A stretch of DNA of 64,000 bases, from positions 1 through 64,000 of the forward strand of contig JBBCAX010000114.1 in NCBI GenBank assembly GCA_051382335.1, given 5' to 3'. Origin of the DNA: Deltaproteobacteria bacterium TL4. Lineage in GTDB: Bacteria > SAR324 > NAC60-12. The translations under genes and the position numbers were made by a program. This document shows positions 51,828-62,548 of this stretch, piece after piece (position 1 is the first letter of the stretch; every line of letters starts with the position of its first letter). The notes below the pieces were generated by a model, which saw only the letters and a program-made list of their open reading frames with translations, was not told where the DNA came from and did no database searches.

Positions 51828-52997
51828 TCACCAATCTCTATCGGATGCGCGATATCCTCCTGGGACTCGCATTTGTCTTTGTTCACGGTTCTTCTGTTCT
51901 TCGTCAAGAATATCTTTCGCATTTTCATCTTGAATCATTGCCGCTTTTTGTTGTTGCTCTTCTTCAGCCTTCTGCTGGTTTTGATCCTGTTGTGCCTGGG
52001 CTTGTTGAGGCTCTCCTTGTTGCGGATCCTCTTGTCCCTGTTGTTGCTCTTGCTGTCCCTGTTGCTGCTCTTGCTGTCCCTGCTGATTTTTTTCTTGTTG
52101 ATGCTGTTGCTTTTGAAGCGTTTCCAGTGCTTTCTTTAAATCATCGGCGGACTGCTTTTGTGAGGACTGTGCTTGCGACAAGTTGTTTTGTTGTAATTCC
52201 TGTGTCGCTTGTCCCTGTGTTTCCGCTGATTGTTGCAGATGTTCCTTAACTTGCTTTAACGTGGGATCTTCTTGTCCTTGAGGCGACTGTAACGACTGTG
52301 TCAACTGTTCGGTTTCGGTTTTTAAGGTTTGTTGTTGAGCTGCTAAAGCTTGAGACTGCTTTTGTTTGTCGGGGTTGGGATCGTTTTGCAGTGCCTGATT
52401 TTCTGAGGCCAACTGTTCCTGTCGTTGCAGCAATTCCTGAATTTTTTTTGCGGCTTGTTGCTGTTGTTCTTGCTTTGCTTTGGCCTCTTCCTGCTGCTTT
52501 TTGATTTCATCCAAAAGCCGCTTCACGGTAATGCGGGCAACTTCCATGTTATGTGCCGCATCTTTAAAGTCAGGGTCGAGTTTCAGGGTTTGCTGATAAC
52601 TTTTGATACTTTTTTCCAGAAACTGCAGGCTTTGTTTTGCATCACTGTCCCGCTGCCTTTCACTTTCTTTAAAATAACTATTGCCCAAATTAAACTGACT
52701 TTTGCTTTCCAACCGCAAATCCTTGCTTTTCATCGCGGCTTGTTCAAACTGTTCGGAGGCCTTTTTAAAATCCCCCTTCATGTATAAGGCGGTTCCCTTG
52801 TTGTAATAGAGGTAGGGGGATTCCGGCTCATCCACAGAGGCCTTTTCATAAGCCTCCAGGGCGGCTTCATAATTTCCGGCCTGATAGGAACTGTTGCCTT
52901 TGGAAATCAAGCGGCTGGAAGATTCCGCACTCAACGGGGAAATTCCCCAACAAAGGAATATAAATGAAAAGAGAAAAATGAGGTAAGCATGTTTCAT
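51828..52997 (-). CDS. batC: BatC-like TPR protein with Gln-rich tail
   Basis: Signal peptide, TPRs, poly-Q region, ends in DW. Confidence 0.8.
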   Translation of the reverse strand: MKHAYLIFLFSFIFLCWGISPLSAESSSRLISKGNSSYQAGNYEAALEAYEKASVDEPESPYLYYNKGTALYMKGDFKKASEQFEQAAMKSKDLRLESKSQFNLGNSYFKESERQRDSDAKQSLQFLEKSIKSYQQTLKLDPDFKDAAHNMEVARITVKRLLDEIKKQQEEAKAKQEQQQQAAKKIQELLQRQEQLASENQALQNDPNPDKQKQSQALAAQQQTLKTETEQLTQSLQSPQGQEDPTLKQVKEHLQQSAETQGQATQELQQNNLSQAQSSQKQSADDLKKALETLQKQQHQQEKNQQGQQEQQQGQQEQQQGQEDPQQGEPQQAQAQQDQNQQKAEEEQQQKAAMIQDENAKDILDEEQKNREQRQMRVPGGYRASDRDW

Positions 52998-53052
52998 AAT
53001 GGAATCCCGTATCATTAACAACACCTTCTGAGCAGGCTGAGTTACTAAATTT

Positions 53053-54069
53053 TCAGTTCTTTTTTATTTTTTTACGTTCACTCAAGAGCATTTCCACGCA
53101 AAGTAAAATGAACATCAAGCCTAAGAAAATTTGAAATTTTTCCTCATAACGTTTCACGGTTTTGGATTCAAGATCTTTTTTTTCTGCAGACGCAATCAAT
53201 TTGGCATAGACGTCCCCCAAATCAATAGTCCCTGTGGCGACATTCAAGTAACGCCCTCCCGGGGTTGCGTTGACCATTTTTCTTAAAGTATCCGCATCTA
53301 ACTTGGACCAAACTTCCTGACCTTTGTATTTTAAAAAAGTTTTCTGACCGTTTTCATCCGTGACTGGAATTCGTTTTCCCTGATCTTCATCGCCAATGCC
53401 GATCGCAATCAGACGAATCCCGCGATTACCCGCATCGGACGCCGCTTCAACAGGGAAGCTGTCATGGTCTTCACCGTCAGTGATCAGGATCATATCTTTG
53501 TATTTTTTTTCCTGATCATCAAAAACCTCATCCAGGGCTTTACGGATAGCGTCTCCAAGCATGGTTCCTCCTCGGGAAACACTATCCATTGAAATATCCT
53601 CCAGCATCATCCGGAAAAAACCATAGTCCAGGGTTAAAGGACATTTGACCACCGCATTCCCCGCAAAAACGATCAGTCCGACCCGATCCCCCTCCAGTTT
53701 TTCAATCACGTCCAAAATGGCGATTTTTGCTCTTTCCAGTCGATTGGGCAGTAAGTCTTCCGCCAACATACTTTTGGAGACATCTAAAACAAAAATAACA
53801 TCCCGCCCCTGACGTTCCAGTTTTTTGGGAAGGGGATTCCATGCGGGTCGAGCCGCGGCAATTACCCCCAAGGTGAAGGCCAGTAAAAGTAACACCGCTT
53901 TCCAACGTCTGCGCGTCAAGCTGATGGAAGTATTGATCAAGGGGAGTAACTTGGTATCCGCAAAGCGCGCCAAGGCTTGTCTGCGTTTATGCGCCGCATA
54001 AATATAAACCCCCGCCAAGACAGGAACCATCCAAAGCAATAACAAATATTCCGTATTAAAAAATCGCAT
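53053..54069 (-). CDS. batB: vWA domain protein BatB
   Basis: DVSKSM, PLTLD and ITDGED motifs. Confidence 0.88.
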   Translation of the reverse strand: MRFFNTEYLLLLWMVPVLAGVYIYAAHKRRQALARFADTKLLPLINTSISLTRRRWKAVLLLLAFTLGVIAAARPAWNPLPKKLERQGRDVIFVLDVSKSMLAEDLLPNRLERAKIAILDVIEKLEGDRVGLIVFAGNAVVKCPLTLDYGFFRMMLEDISMDSVSRGGTMLGDAIRKALDEVFDDQEKKYKDMILITDGEDHDSFPVEAASDAGNRGIRLIAIGIGDEDQGKRIPVTDENGQKTFLKYKGQEVWSKLDADTLRKMVNATPGGRYLNVATGTIDLGDVYAKLIASAEKKDLESKTVKRYEEKFQIFLGLMFILLCVEMLLSERKKIKKN

Positions 54070-54164
54070 AGTTTATTTCAAGATCTGATGTTGCGCTCAT
54101 GATTTTTGCGGGACACTGTGATCCTCCGCAAAAGTAATCAAACTCCAAGCAAGAGGGCTTGGGG

Positions 54165-55226
54165 TTAAGGAATTTTTCTAAACACCGTATTGGAAAGAAT
54201 CATTTCCAAGGTCAGTAAGCTCAGTGTGATCAACAAAAAAGGAAGAAACTGTTCACGATAGTCCAAATAACGAACGGACTGAATTTCACTACGCTCCAAC
54301 GCATCAATTTCTTTATAAATCGCACGTAGAGAATCCGCGTCATCCGCTGTGCGAAAAATACCACCTGTAGTATCCGCGATCGACGTCAGCATTTTTTCGT
54401 CAACACCGGCACCTCCCATACGCATCAGAAAATTTCCGAGCAGACCTTGCTGTCGCGTCATGCCTTCAGAGCCACCCACACCAATCGTGTAAATTTTTAT
54501 GCCCCATTCTTTCGCCATTTTGGCAGCATCAACCGGGTCTCGCTTGCCCACGTTGTTTTGACCATCCGTGAGTAAAATAATGATCTTGCTCTTTATTTCA
54601 AAATTTTTTTCTTGTTGCTCCGCTTGACGCAGCATGGTTTTTTCTGCCGTTTGTAAACGAGCGGAGGCTAGCGCAATCGCATCACCTATGGCGGTTCCCT
54701 CCTCATCACGACGTTTAACCAATTGCACATTATCAATAAATTGAGATAACGCGCCATGAGCTAACGTCAGGGGGGCCACCGTATCCGCATATCTGGCAAA
54801 GGCGATCATCCCGATCAAATCGTTGGAACGACCCGGGAGTTTACCGCCTTTTCCGGTCACAAATTCTTCAAAAACGCGTTTAACCACATCGAGGCGGTTT
54901 AAATTCTGGTTTTCAAACTCCATTTCCGCACTCATACTTCCTGACCGGTCCACCACCATTTCAATCGCAATCCCCTGGCTGATGTCTCTGACTTTTTCCT
55001 TGCCTTCTTGAGGTCGCGCAATGGTTAATACGAGAAAAATCAACACCAGGATTCGTAAAATCACAGGTACCGCAATCAACCGTTGCTTCAAAGAGGGTTT
55101 GACCCGTTTGGCGTGTGCCGTGGAGGAAAATTTCAAACTGCCTCTGCCTTTCAAGCGATAATAGCCATAAAGCAAAAAGGGAAGCAGGAGCAGCAGTAAT
55201 AAGGCCCAAGGTGCGTCAAATCTCAT
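54165..55226 (-). CDS. batA: vWA domain protein BatA
   Basis: DRSGSM, TAIGDAI, LLTDGQNN and IYTIGVG motifs. Confidence 0.9.
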   Translation of the reverse strand: MRFDAPWALLLLLLLPFLLYGYYRLKGRGSLKFSSTAHAKRVKPSLKQRLIAVPVILRILVLIFLVLTIARPQEGKEKVRDISQGIAIEMVVDRSGSMSAEMEFENQNLNRLDVVKRVFEEFVTGKGGKLPGRSNDLIGMIAFARYADTVAPLTLAHGALSQFIDNVQLVKRRDEEGTAIGDAIALASARLQTAEKTMLRQAEQQEKNFEIKSKIIILLTDGQNNVGKRDPVDAAKMAKEWGIKIYTIGVGGSEGMTRQQGLLGNFLMRMGGAGVDEKMLTSIADTTGGIFRTADDADSLRAIYKEIDALERSEIQSVRYLDYREQFLPFLLITLSLLTLEMILSNTVFRKIP

Positions 55227-55261
55227 AAGAGTCTCTCCTTCGTTTTATGGCACACTCCCAT

Positions 55262-56368
55262 TTAGACCTCATTTTCCAGGAGTGTTTCTTTTATAAACTG
55301 TTTACAAGCATCAAATACCCCTTGGATTTCGTCATTTTGGGGTTGGTGTTTCGCAAATTTAACCATGTCACAATGCCGTAAAAATTGCTTTAAGACTTCT
55401 TTTTGGGACGGAGCCAGGGTCTCTGTGCCTTTGAGCTCATGCAGGAATTCTTCGGTAGTTTGTTCAGGAGCTCGTAACAGGAATCGGTTTTCAATGTAAT
55501 GCCTGAGAATATTCGATACCTGGAAATAGAAAAGTTTGACCTCGCCTTTCTCCACCAGTTGTTCCGCAAGGAGACGTTCAAGGGCATCATAAGCAATTTC
55601 ATGAGCCGAGCGATAGGCTGTTTTCTGAACAACATCACGACGCTGATACCACCAATAAAAGCCGCCTATGCCAAAGAGAACCAGCCCTCCAACCCCTGCA
55701 AGAACATACATCCAGGGTTTAATAACAAAAGGTATTTCAACAGGCGGCGCGATTTCTTTAAGGCGGAGTTCAGCGTAAGCTTCAGGCAAAAGGGATGTTA
55801 CCTTGATCGTGAGAGGCTCACTTTCAACCTCATGCGGAGTTTCCCCCTCTTTCCCTTTTTGCCAGAAGGCAACTTTCATGGGAGGAAGGGTATATTCTCC
55901 GGAAAGAAAAGGTTCCAATTCATATTTTTTCAGATATCGGATTTTCCCTTCTTCCATCAACTGGGGCGCGGGTGATCGGTAGTTTACAATGCCAAATTGA
56001 TCTAACTTCTCTCCGAACTCTGGTAATTTAACCTCATTGTCTTCGTTGAGATGGACTTCCATCACCAATTCGAGCTTGTCCGCAATGGTGATTTCCTTTT
56101 GACTGACTTTAACCAAAAAGGTCAAAGGCCCACGTTTATATTCTTTTTCAATTTCATATTTCGTTTCCGCAACCTTGGCAAGTTGATCGGTTTTGCATCC
56201 CGACAAAAGCAGGAATGGAATGATCAGCAGACAAGCACAGCTTACCCCAAACACCATTCCGGCTTTGAGACGCTCTGCTTTGAGTGGAGCAAAACCTTGG
56301 AGAAAACGCATTTCCGCCCACTTCGAAGGCTTGCTTTTAATAGGTGTATGAAATTTCATAAGCCTCAA
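55262..56368 (-). CDS. Bat-cluster membrane protein (putative lipoprotein); start uncertain
   Basis: LSGC lipobox-like, TM, APEQTTEEFL and DMVKFAK motifs. Confidence 0.7.
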   Translation of the reverse strand: MRLMKFHTPIKSKPSKWAEMRFLQGFAPLKAERLKAGMVFGVSCACLLIIPFLLLSGCKTDQLAKVAETKYEIEKEYKRGPLTFLVKVSQKEITIADKLELVMEVHLNEDNEVKLPEFGEKLDQFGIVNYRSPAPQLMEEGKIRYLKKYELEPFLSGEYTLPPMKVAFWQKGKEGETPHEVESEPLTIKVTSLLPEAYAELRLKEIAPPVEIPFVIKPWMYVLAGVGGLVLFGIGGFYWWYQRRDVVQKTAYRSAHEIAYDALERLLAEQLVEKGEVKLFYFQVSNILRHYIENRFLLRAPEQTTEEFLHELKGTETLAPSQKEVLKQFLRHCDMVKFAKHQPQNDEIQGVFDACKQFIKETLLENEV

Positions 56369-56392
56369 TATTCCAGGTTATACGTCTGGCCT

Positions 56393-57781
56393 TTACTTGA
56401 CAGGGTCTGAAACCACAGGCGTTTCTTGAGTTTTAGAATTATGAATCACAACGTTATAACGTGCTCTAAGTTCGCTAATCAGTGATTGTTGCACTTCTCG
56501 TTCTTTTTGTGTTCGCAGCGCTTGATAGGCTTTGGATTGCGCCTGCTCCAAGGTTTGCTGGGTTCCCGACTGCCGTTCTCTGACTTTGATGATATGAAAA
56601 CCACGCTCCGACTGAATAGGTCGCATGGCGACCTGCGTCTTTTCAGTATTAAAAATGACTTCAGAGACAGTGGGCGCATTGATTCCAGGAACAGTTCCAC
56701 CTTGAGTGATCCAGCCCTCAATCAGACCGCCTTTGTTTTTTGTCGCCTCATCCATCGAGTATTGTGGAACCAGTTCTTCAAAAAGAGAGCCCTCGTTGAG
56801 CTGCTTTAAAACCTCATAAGCCGTGGCTTGATCTTTCACCAAAATATGGCTGATCTGGGCTTTTCCTGCCTCTGTGAATTGAGACTTGTTGGCTTCATAG
56901 TAATTTTTCACATCGTCAGCGCTGATATGAATATAGTCCTTGACGGCTTTGTTCAAAACCTGCTGTGCCAAAATACCACGTTCTGTTGCTTTGATGAGGG
57001 AACGAACTTCAGGCGCTTCAATCAGTTTGTCTTCCCGCGCTTTACGATATAAGATTTCCTCCAGGACCATTTGATTGAGGAGTTGACCCCGTTCAGGCCC
57101 CGTTGAATAGCGCTTAAGGAGGGACTCTTTTTGAGTGGCAAGTTGTTCTTGGGGCAAATACGAGGCTAAAGAGGATAACTGAAGTTCTATTTGTTTTTCA
57201 ACCCTTTGATCTACCTCTGATTTGGTGATCTTAGACTCCCCAATTTCCGCAAGAATTTCCTGCCCCTTCTGCTGGTCTGCTTCAGACAGGCCCACCCGAT
57301 CCGCTAATTCATAACGTAAGGCGGCAAACTTTCCTAACAGTTCCAAGCTTTCCTGAATACGACGATTCAAATCGGTTTGTATGTCAGCTAACGACGCTAA
57401 ACTTTCTGAGCGGTAATAAGCCGTCAAGGCGTTTTCGTAGCTTTCAGCACTTTGATACAGTTTCCCTAGACGATACCAGATTTTTGCCTCTTCTTGCTTG
57501 TCCAGAGGTGTTTGCTCCAGGTATTCTTTCCAAATCACAGCAGCGGGCTGAGGCAGGTTCTGATTCTCCAATTTTAAGGCCAAAGTCTTATAGCCCTCCG
57601 GTTCCAACGAGGTATTGTTAGACATCTTTGGCCTGGAAATATGAGGGAGCAGGGTCAACACCAAAGTCAAACTGCTGATCAATAAAATAGCGCTCAGCAG
57701 GATCCCCATTCCTGGCGATGGTTTGGCCTGTGTGCTTTTTCGTTCGGGCAAGGTTAAGTTGATTTTTTCAGTCATGATCAC
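56393..57781 (-). CDS. TPR + PpiC (parvulin) peptidyl-prolyl isomerase, membrane-anchored
   Basis: SHILVK, YSMD..TKNKGG and GFHIIKV motifs. Confidence 0.85.
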   Translation of the reverse strand: MIMTEKINLTLPERKSTQAKPSPGMGILLSAILLISSLTLVLTLLPHISRPKMSNNTSLEPEGYKTLALKLENQNLPQPAAVIWKEYLEQTPLDKQEEAKIWYRLGKLYQSAESYENALTAYYRSESLASLADIQTDLNRRIQESLELLGKFAALRYELADRVGLSEADQQKGQEILAEIGESKITKSEVDQRVEKQIELQLSSLASYLPQEQLATQKESLLKRYSTGPERGQLLNQMVLEEILYRKAREDKLIEAPEVRSLIKATERGILAQQVLNKAVKDYIHISADDVKNYYEANKSQFTEAGKAQISHILVKDQATAYEVLKQLNEGSLFEELVPQYSMDEATKNKGGLIEGWITQGGTVPGINAPTVSEVIFNTEKTQVAMRPIQSERGFHIIKVRERQSGTQQTLEQAQSKAYQALRTQKEREVQQSLISELRARYNVVIHNSKTQETPVVSDPVK

Positions 57782-57787
57782 TCCTGT

Positions 57788-58663
57788 TTATTTTCGTTTT
57801 TCTCTTGAACGAAAGAATTTGACGAGTTCTTTAACATAATTTCTTCCTGTGACTAATTCCGCATAGTCAACGCCAATAGAACGGAAAAGCTCCCGCAGTT
57901 TTTGCGAACGAGCGGTTCCTAACTGTTCGTATTCATTCCGGACTTGAAGGCTGCTGGTGTCAATCAGAATCATTTCACCCGTTTCCGCGTCTTCTAACTC
58001 CACCAAGCCAAGATCGGGCATCGTCATTTCTCTGGGATCCGTTACAGAAAGAGCAATGAGATCATGACGTTTATTGAGGACACTGAGTGGTTTTTCAAAG
58101 GCTTCGGCTTGAAAGTCAGAAATCAGGAAAACGACGCAGCGTTTATGAAGGACTCTCCCCAGGTAATCCAAGGCGGCATTCAAGTTGGTTTGGGTCTCAG
58201 TCGGTATAAAATTGAGCAGTTCACGAATCAATCGCAACACGTGAGACACCCCCTTTTTAGGAGGAATAAACATTTCAATATCGTCGGTAAAAACGATCAA
58301 GCCCACTTTGTCATTATTTTTAACCGCAGAAAAAGACAGTAACGCGCAGAGTTCCGCCGCAACTTCATTTTTTGTTTTTTCAACAGTACCGAACGTGCCT
58401 GAAGCGGAAAGATCGACGAGAAACATGATGGTCAGTTCACGTTCCTCTACAAAGCGCTTGACGTAGGGGTGCCCCACTCGTGCCGTAACATTCCAATCAA
58501 TTGTACGGATTTCATCGCCCGGCGTATATTCTCTCACCTCGTCAAACTCCATTCCCCGACCTTTAAAAACACTTTCGTATTCTCCGGCAAGGACGTCGTT
58601 GACCGCTCGTTTCGTATAAATCTCGATGTATCGGATTTTTTTCGCCAGCTCTTTTGGGATCAT
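57788..58663 (-). CDS. DUF58 domain protein
   Basis: FKGRGMEFDEVREY, IDWNVTAR and ISDF motifs. Confidence 0.93.
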   Translation of the reverse strand: MIPKELAKKIRYIEIYTKRAVNDVLAGEYESVFKGRGMEFDEVREYTPGDEIRTIDWNVTARVGHPYVKRFVEERELTIMFLVDLSASGTFGTVEKTKNEVAAELCALLSFSAVKNNDKVGLIVFTDDIEMFIPPKKGVSHVLRLIRELLNFIPTETQTNLNAALDYLGRVLHKRCVVFLISDFQAEAFEKPLSVLNKRHDLIALSVTDPREMTMPDLGLVELEDAETGEMILIDTSSLQVRNEYEQLGTARSQKLRELFRSIGVDYAELVTGRNYVKELVKFFRSREKRK

Positions 58664-59649
58664 GGGACTTCCACAGTATCAAAAATCATTTTCACAATAT
58701 CTTCAGACGATTTTTCCTCGGCTTCGGCTTCGTAGGTAAGGATCACGCGATGACGTAACACGTCCATGCCAATCGCTTTGACATCTTGAGGGGTTACATA
58801 GCCCCGACCTTCCAGAAACGCGTGAGCTTTGGCCGCAATCGCTAAAAATATAGTTGCTCTGGGAGATCCTCCATAACGAATCCAATCTTGAATAGGAAGT
58901 TTATACGCCGCGGGATTACGAGTCGCCTCAACGATATTGACGATATAATCCACAATCTGCTCATCGATGTAAACCTCATAGACTAATTCTCTCAAACCGA
59001 TAATTTCCTGAGGGGTGATCACAGGCTGGACCTCAACTTTTGAGCTGGAATTCGCCATCTTTTTCAAGATTTGCCGTTCCTGATCTTTGGTAGGGTAGGT
59101 GATTTTCAATTTCAGCATGAAACGATCGACTTGCGCTTCAGGCAAAGGGTAAGTTCCTTCTTGTTCCACCGGATTTTGAGTTGCCAACACCATAAAGGGT
59201 TCTTCTAATTTGAAACTCTCATCTCCAATCGTAACCTGACGCTCCTGCATGGCTTCCAACAAGGCACTTTGAACTTTGGCCGGCGCTCTGTTGATTTCGT
59301 CAGCGAGAATGATATTGGCAAATAAAGGCCCTTTCTTGGTGGTGAAATCTCCTGTTTTAGGGTTATAGATCAACGTACCAATCAAATCTGCGGGTAACAA
59401 ATCAGGCGTAAACTGAATGCGTTGAAATTTCGCGTGAATTGCCTGTGCCAACGTGGTGACTGAAAGCGTTTTTGCCAAGCCTGGCACACCTTCAATCAGG
59501 ACATGCTGGTTACACAATAAACACAGGATTAACCGATCAATCAGATAGCCCTGCCCCACAATCACTTGACTGAGTTCTTTTCTGACTAATCCGATCATCG
59601 CACTTTTTTCAGCGACTTTTTCTCCGATTTGTTTAACATCCACGGCCAT
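58660..59649 (-). CDS. moxR: MoxR-family AAA+ ATPase
   Basis: GVPGLAKT, IQFTPDLLP, DEINRA and ATQNP motifs. Confidence 0.96.
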   Translation of the reverse strand: MAVDVKQIGEKVAEKSAMIGLVRKELSQVIVGQGYLIDRLILCLLCNQHVLIEGVPGLAKTLSVTTLAQAIHAKFQRIQFTPDLLPADLIGTLIYNPKTGDFTTKKGPLFANIILADEINRAPAKVQSALLEAMQERQVTIGDESFKLEEPFMVLATQNPVEQEGTYPLPEAQVDRFMLKLKITYPTKDQERQILKKMANSSSKVEVQPVITPQEIIGLRELVYEVYIDEQIVDYIVNIVEATRNPAAYKLPIQDWIRYGGSPRATIFLAIAAKAHAFLEGRGYVTPQDVKAIGMDVLRHRVILTYEAEAEEKSSEDIVKMIFDTVEVP

Positions 59650-60208
59650 AGTTGCTCCTTCTGTTACAGAACTTTAATAATCAAAATTGACAGTGTGCTA
59701 GCGCTCATGCGCTATCTTTCAAAAAAAAATAGAGGACGTCGGGTGTCCCAGAAGACTTACCATCACCTCACATTTACAGTTATTTCCATGAAAAGCAGAA
59801 GTCGGAAACGTTGTCATCCCAGGATTGCCCTGGAATCCGAGTGCGTCAACGCTCATTTTTGGGATTCTTAATCATGTCTGTACGACACATCAACTTGGCA
59901 AAGCTACTGAGCTAATCACAAAATTTCCAACTCCAATTTCATATTTTATCTTCAAGACAAGGACACAAGGAATACCTTCAGGTTTTTTATGATTTAGATG
60001 CAGGCGGACGACAATAATACCTCGCTAAAAAATTGCTTCAAGTTTAAAATTCATAATTTTTATAACGACTCCGCAACTAAGGATCTGAAGCGTCCCTGAA
60101 CGATTTGTGCCTTATTTGATAAGAGGTACTTGTGGTTTCTTTCCTTAATTTGTATCTAATCTACCATGATTCAGCAAAATTTCTGACAAATTGTAACTGG
60201 AGGGTCCC

Positions 60209-62548
60209 ATGAAATATCGAAAGCACACTAACGGTGGAACACGAAGAGGATACGCCTTCGCGATCATTATCATTTCCTTGATGTCCATGGCTATCCTTGC
60301 TTACATCATTTTTCCCTTGAAACATAAGATTTCGCAAGTTGAGGATGAACAAAGCAGAGTTGATGATTTCAACTTAATCCGAGAGTCCTTGCTCCGCTAC
60401 TATAAAGACGTGGGTGAATTTCCGCCCAAGTCGATCAATGGCAAAAGGGTACAATTAGCAGGTTTGCTAGAAAATCCCTATGCGCGGAACGATGCGCACT
60501 ATGCCCTCTGGAATGGTCCTTATATTTCAGGAATTGAGATTCCTCGCTTTCGTTCCATCTGGTTGAAACGGGACTACATTTATATCCTGGGTCCTACACT
60601 CAATGGAGAGAAAGCCACAAATCAAGTCGTATTGGTTTTAGACCGGGGAAAAAACCGCATACTGGACAGTTTACGAAAAAATAAAAACCCCACAGATCCC
60701 GTGTATGACGCAGACAATTGGCTCAGTTTAGACTCGATCAATGATTACTATACCCTGGTCAAAGCGGATGCTGCGTCTTTGCAGTATGACACCGTTAAAA
60801 TTCAAAATAACATCGAATATATGATGGACATCGCCTGTTTTACTGGTGTCACCCGAGATGTGATGGACTGGGCGGAAAAAGTGGGCTGGGGCATTAATGT
60901 CGCAGCGCCTTCAGGGAGTCAGTTAAACACAGCGGATATCAGAAAATGGATCCCGGAAGCCGGACCCGGGGGAGCGGCGAGTGTTTTATTAAACACCGGA
61001 CTGCTTGGAAAATTTAATGTGATGGATTCTAACAAACAATTCATCCGATGGGCGGTGTTGCCCAAAACAGGAGGCTTTTTTTATGCCGTTGGTGTGGATC
61101 GGGAAGATCAAACGTGTTTGGGGAATAAACAGGAATGTCAACTGCCCGGCGATTATAATTATTTCGAAAGCTATGATCCTGTTTCTAATAGTTGGGCGAT
61201 TATTGGCGATGATATTCCCACCAAACCCGTCGTTGAATTCCGGGCCTTTTTACGTTGGCCTGTGCTTGAAGTTGGAGATATCGCTTGTACCAACTACGAA
61301 ATAAGAGGGAAGTGCACTAATGCCGATGTGGACATGTCCCTTAAATATATTCCTGCCAAAGGTGTTGACTTGAAGGAAAGTCTGCTTTATTGGGAAAGCC
61401 AGGATAAAAAAGGCAGCGGCAGAGGCCGTGTGAATCCCACAGACAATCCGGAGTATTTTGATAGTCAGGGCCATCTACATCCCAACATCCTCATGGGCGA
61501 TGTTCCCGTTTTTCTGGATGTGGATACGATTCCAAGGGATTGGGGTGTGAAAGATCCCATGAACCCCACCAAATGGATTGAAGATCTTTATTTTGTGGGG
61601 ACTCCCCCTTTTGGAACCTATATTGTGGGCGTGAATACTTACCAAAAATATTTGGATCAGGAACCGATTCAAATGGAACTGGAAGTTTATCAAGGGTTTT
61701 GCAAATCAGGCTTAATCAATAAAGACACCCTTGCGCCCAATCAAAAACCTTTTGGAACGTACTTTGTTGAAGGTTATCCTAACAAGACAGATCCTCGGGT
61801 ACACAAAGCCGAGGTGTTTTCTCCTCCAGTCACAGAATGGCAATTTGATCCTCCTCTTGCGAAAATCATCATTGGTCCAGGCGGTGGTGCGATTCAGGAC
61901 GTTCTTTTGGCTACGGGAACCAATATCGCGCCGGGGAGTAAATGTTCGACAAAAGGCTATTACTCCGCGGGGTTCTGGCAAACAGGACGTCATGGCGCGG
62001 GAGAAGTCGCGACGCCTCTAAGAACATGGTCTGCTTACGATTCAAAACAACCTTTGAAAACGTCTAATTATCAGTGGGTGTCCTTATGTGTCCGAGAAAC
62101 CAATGTCTCTGATTATTTCAAACAAGTCAGCGATGTGCGTATTGAAATTCGCAAGGCCGATTGTATTGCCAATGATTGCGATTCTCAAAGCCAAATATTG
62201 AATAATGGGTACTTGGGATGTTCCTCACTGAATTATGAGCATCGAGGTTTTTGGGATGCCTCCGCCGAAGTTAACGCGAAGTCAGGAGGGATTCACAATT
62301 ACGATAATTCTCGAAGGACCACGTTTTTCGCGAACCTCTGCATTAAACGTGATAAAATTGAAAAAACACAGCCCAGAGTTCAGCAAATCTTTTTGGATAA
62401 CAAAAATTCCGATTGTGTCAACAGCAATTATCGGGGATCCTGGGATGTTGGCTCACCCAGTACAGGCATTCCTTCAGATAAACCCGAAGAAACGAGTTCT
62501 AACCGTGATCCCATGCGTTTATGCGTCAAGTCAGGGGTGAGTTTATGA
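60209..62548 (+). CDS. Large pseudopilin-like protein: GspG-like head plus extracellular domains with three Cys-bounded repeats
   Basis: RRG|YAFAII leader with hydrophobic helix; YYKDVGEFPP and WNGPYI motifs. Confidence 0.65.
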   Translation: MKYRKHTNGGTRRGYAFAIIIISLMSMAILAYIIFPLKHKISQVEDEQSRVDDFNLIRESLLRYYKDVGEFPPKSINGKRVQLAGLLENPYARNDAHYALWNGPYISGIEIPRFRSIWLKRDYIYILGPTLNGEKATNQVVLVLDRGKNRILDSLRKNKNPTDPVYDADNWLSLDSINDYYTLVKADAASLQYDTVKIQNNIEYMMDIACFTGVTRDVMDWAEKVGWGINVAAPSGSQLNTADIRKWIPEAGPGGAASVLLNTGLLGKFNVMDSNKQFIRWAVLPKTGGFFYAVGVDREDQTCLGNKQECQLPGDYNYFESYDPVSNSWAIIGDDIPTKPVVEFRAFLRWPVLEVGDIACTNYEIRGKCTNADVDMSLKYIPAKGVDLKESLLYWESQDKKGSGRGRVNPTDNPEYFDSQGHLHPNILMGDVPVFLDVDTIPRDWGVKDPMNPTKWIEDLYFVGTPPFGTYIVGVNTYQKYLDQEPIQMELEVYQGFCKSGLINKDTLAPNQKPFGTYFVEGYPNKTDPRVHKAEVFSPPVTEWQFDPPLAKIIIGPGGGAIQDVLLATGTNIAPGSKCSTKGYYSAGFWQTGRHGAGEVATPLRTWSAYDSKQPLKTSNYQWVSLCVRETNVSDYFKQVSDVRIEIRKADCIANDCDSQSQILNNGYLGCSSLNYEHRGFWDASAEVNAKSGGIHNYDNSRRTTFFANLCIKRDKIEKTQPRVQQIFLDNKNSDCVNSNYRGSWDVGSPSTGIPSDKPEETSSNRDPMRLCVKSGVSL

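Noticed and set aside
51548..52787. Leu/Val-rich antisense ORFs
   Set aside because: Shadows of the Gln-rich batC coding strand.
59812..59838. TGTCATCCCAGGATTGCCCTGGAATCC REP-like palindrome
   Set aside because: Single copy in the window; cannot establish a family.
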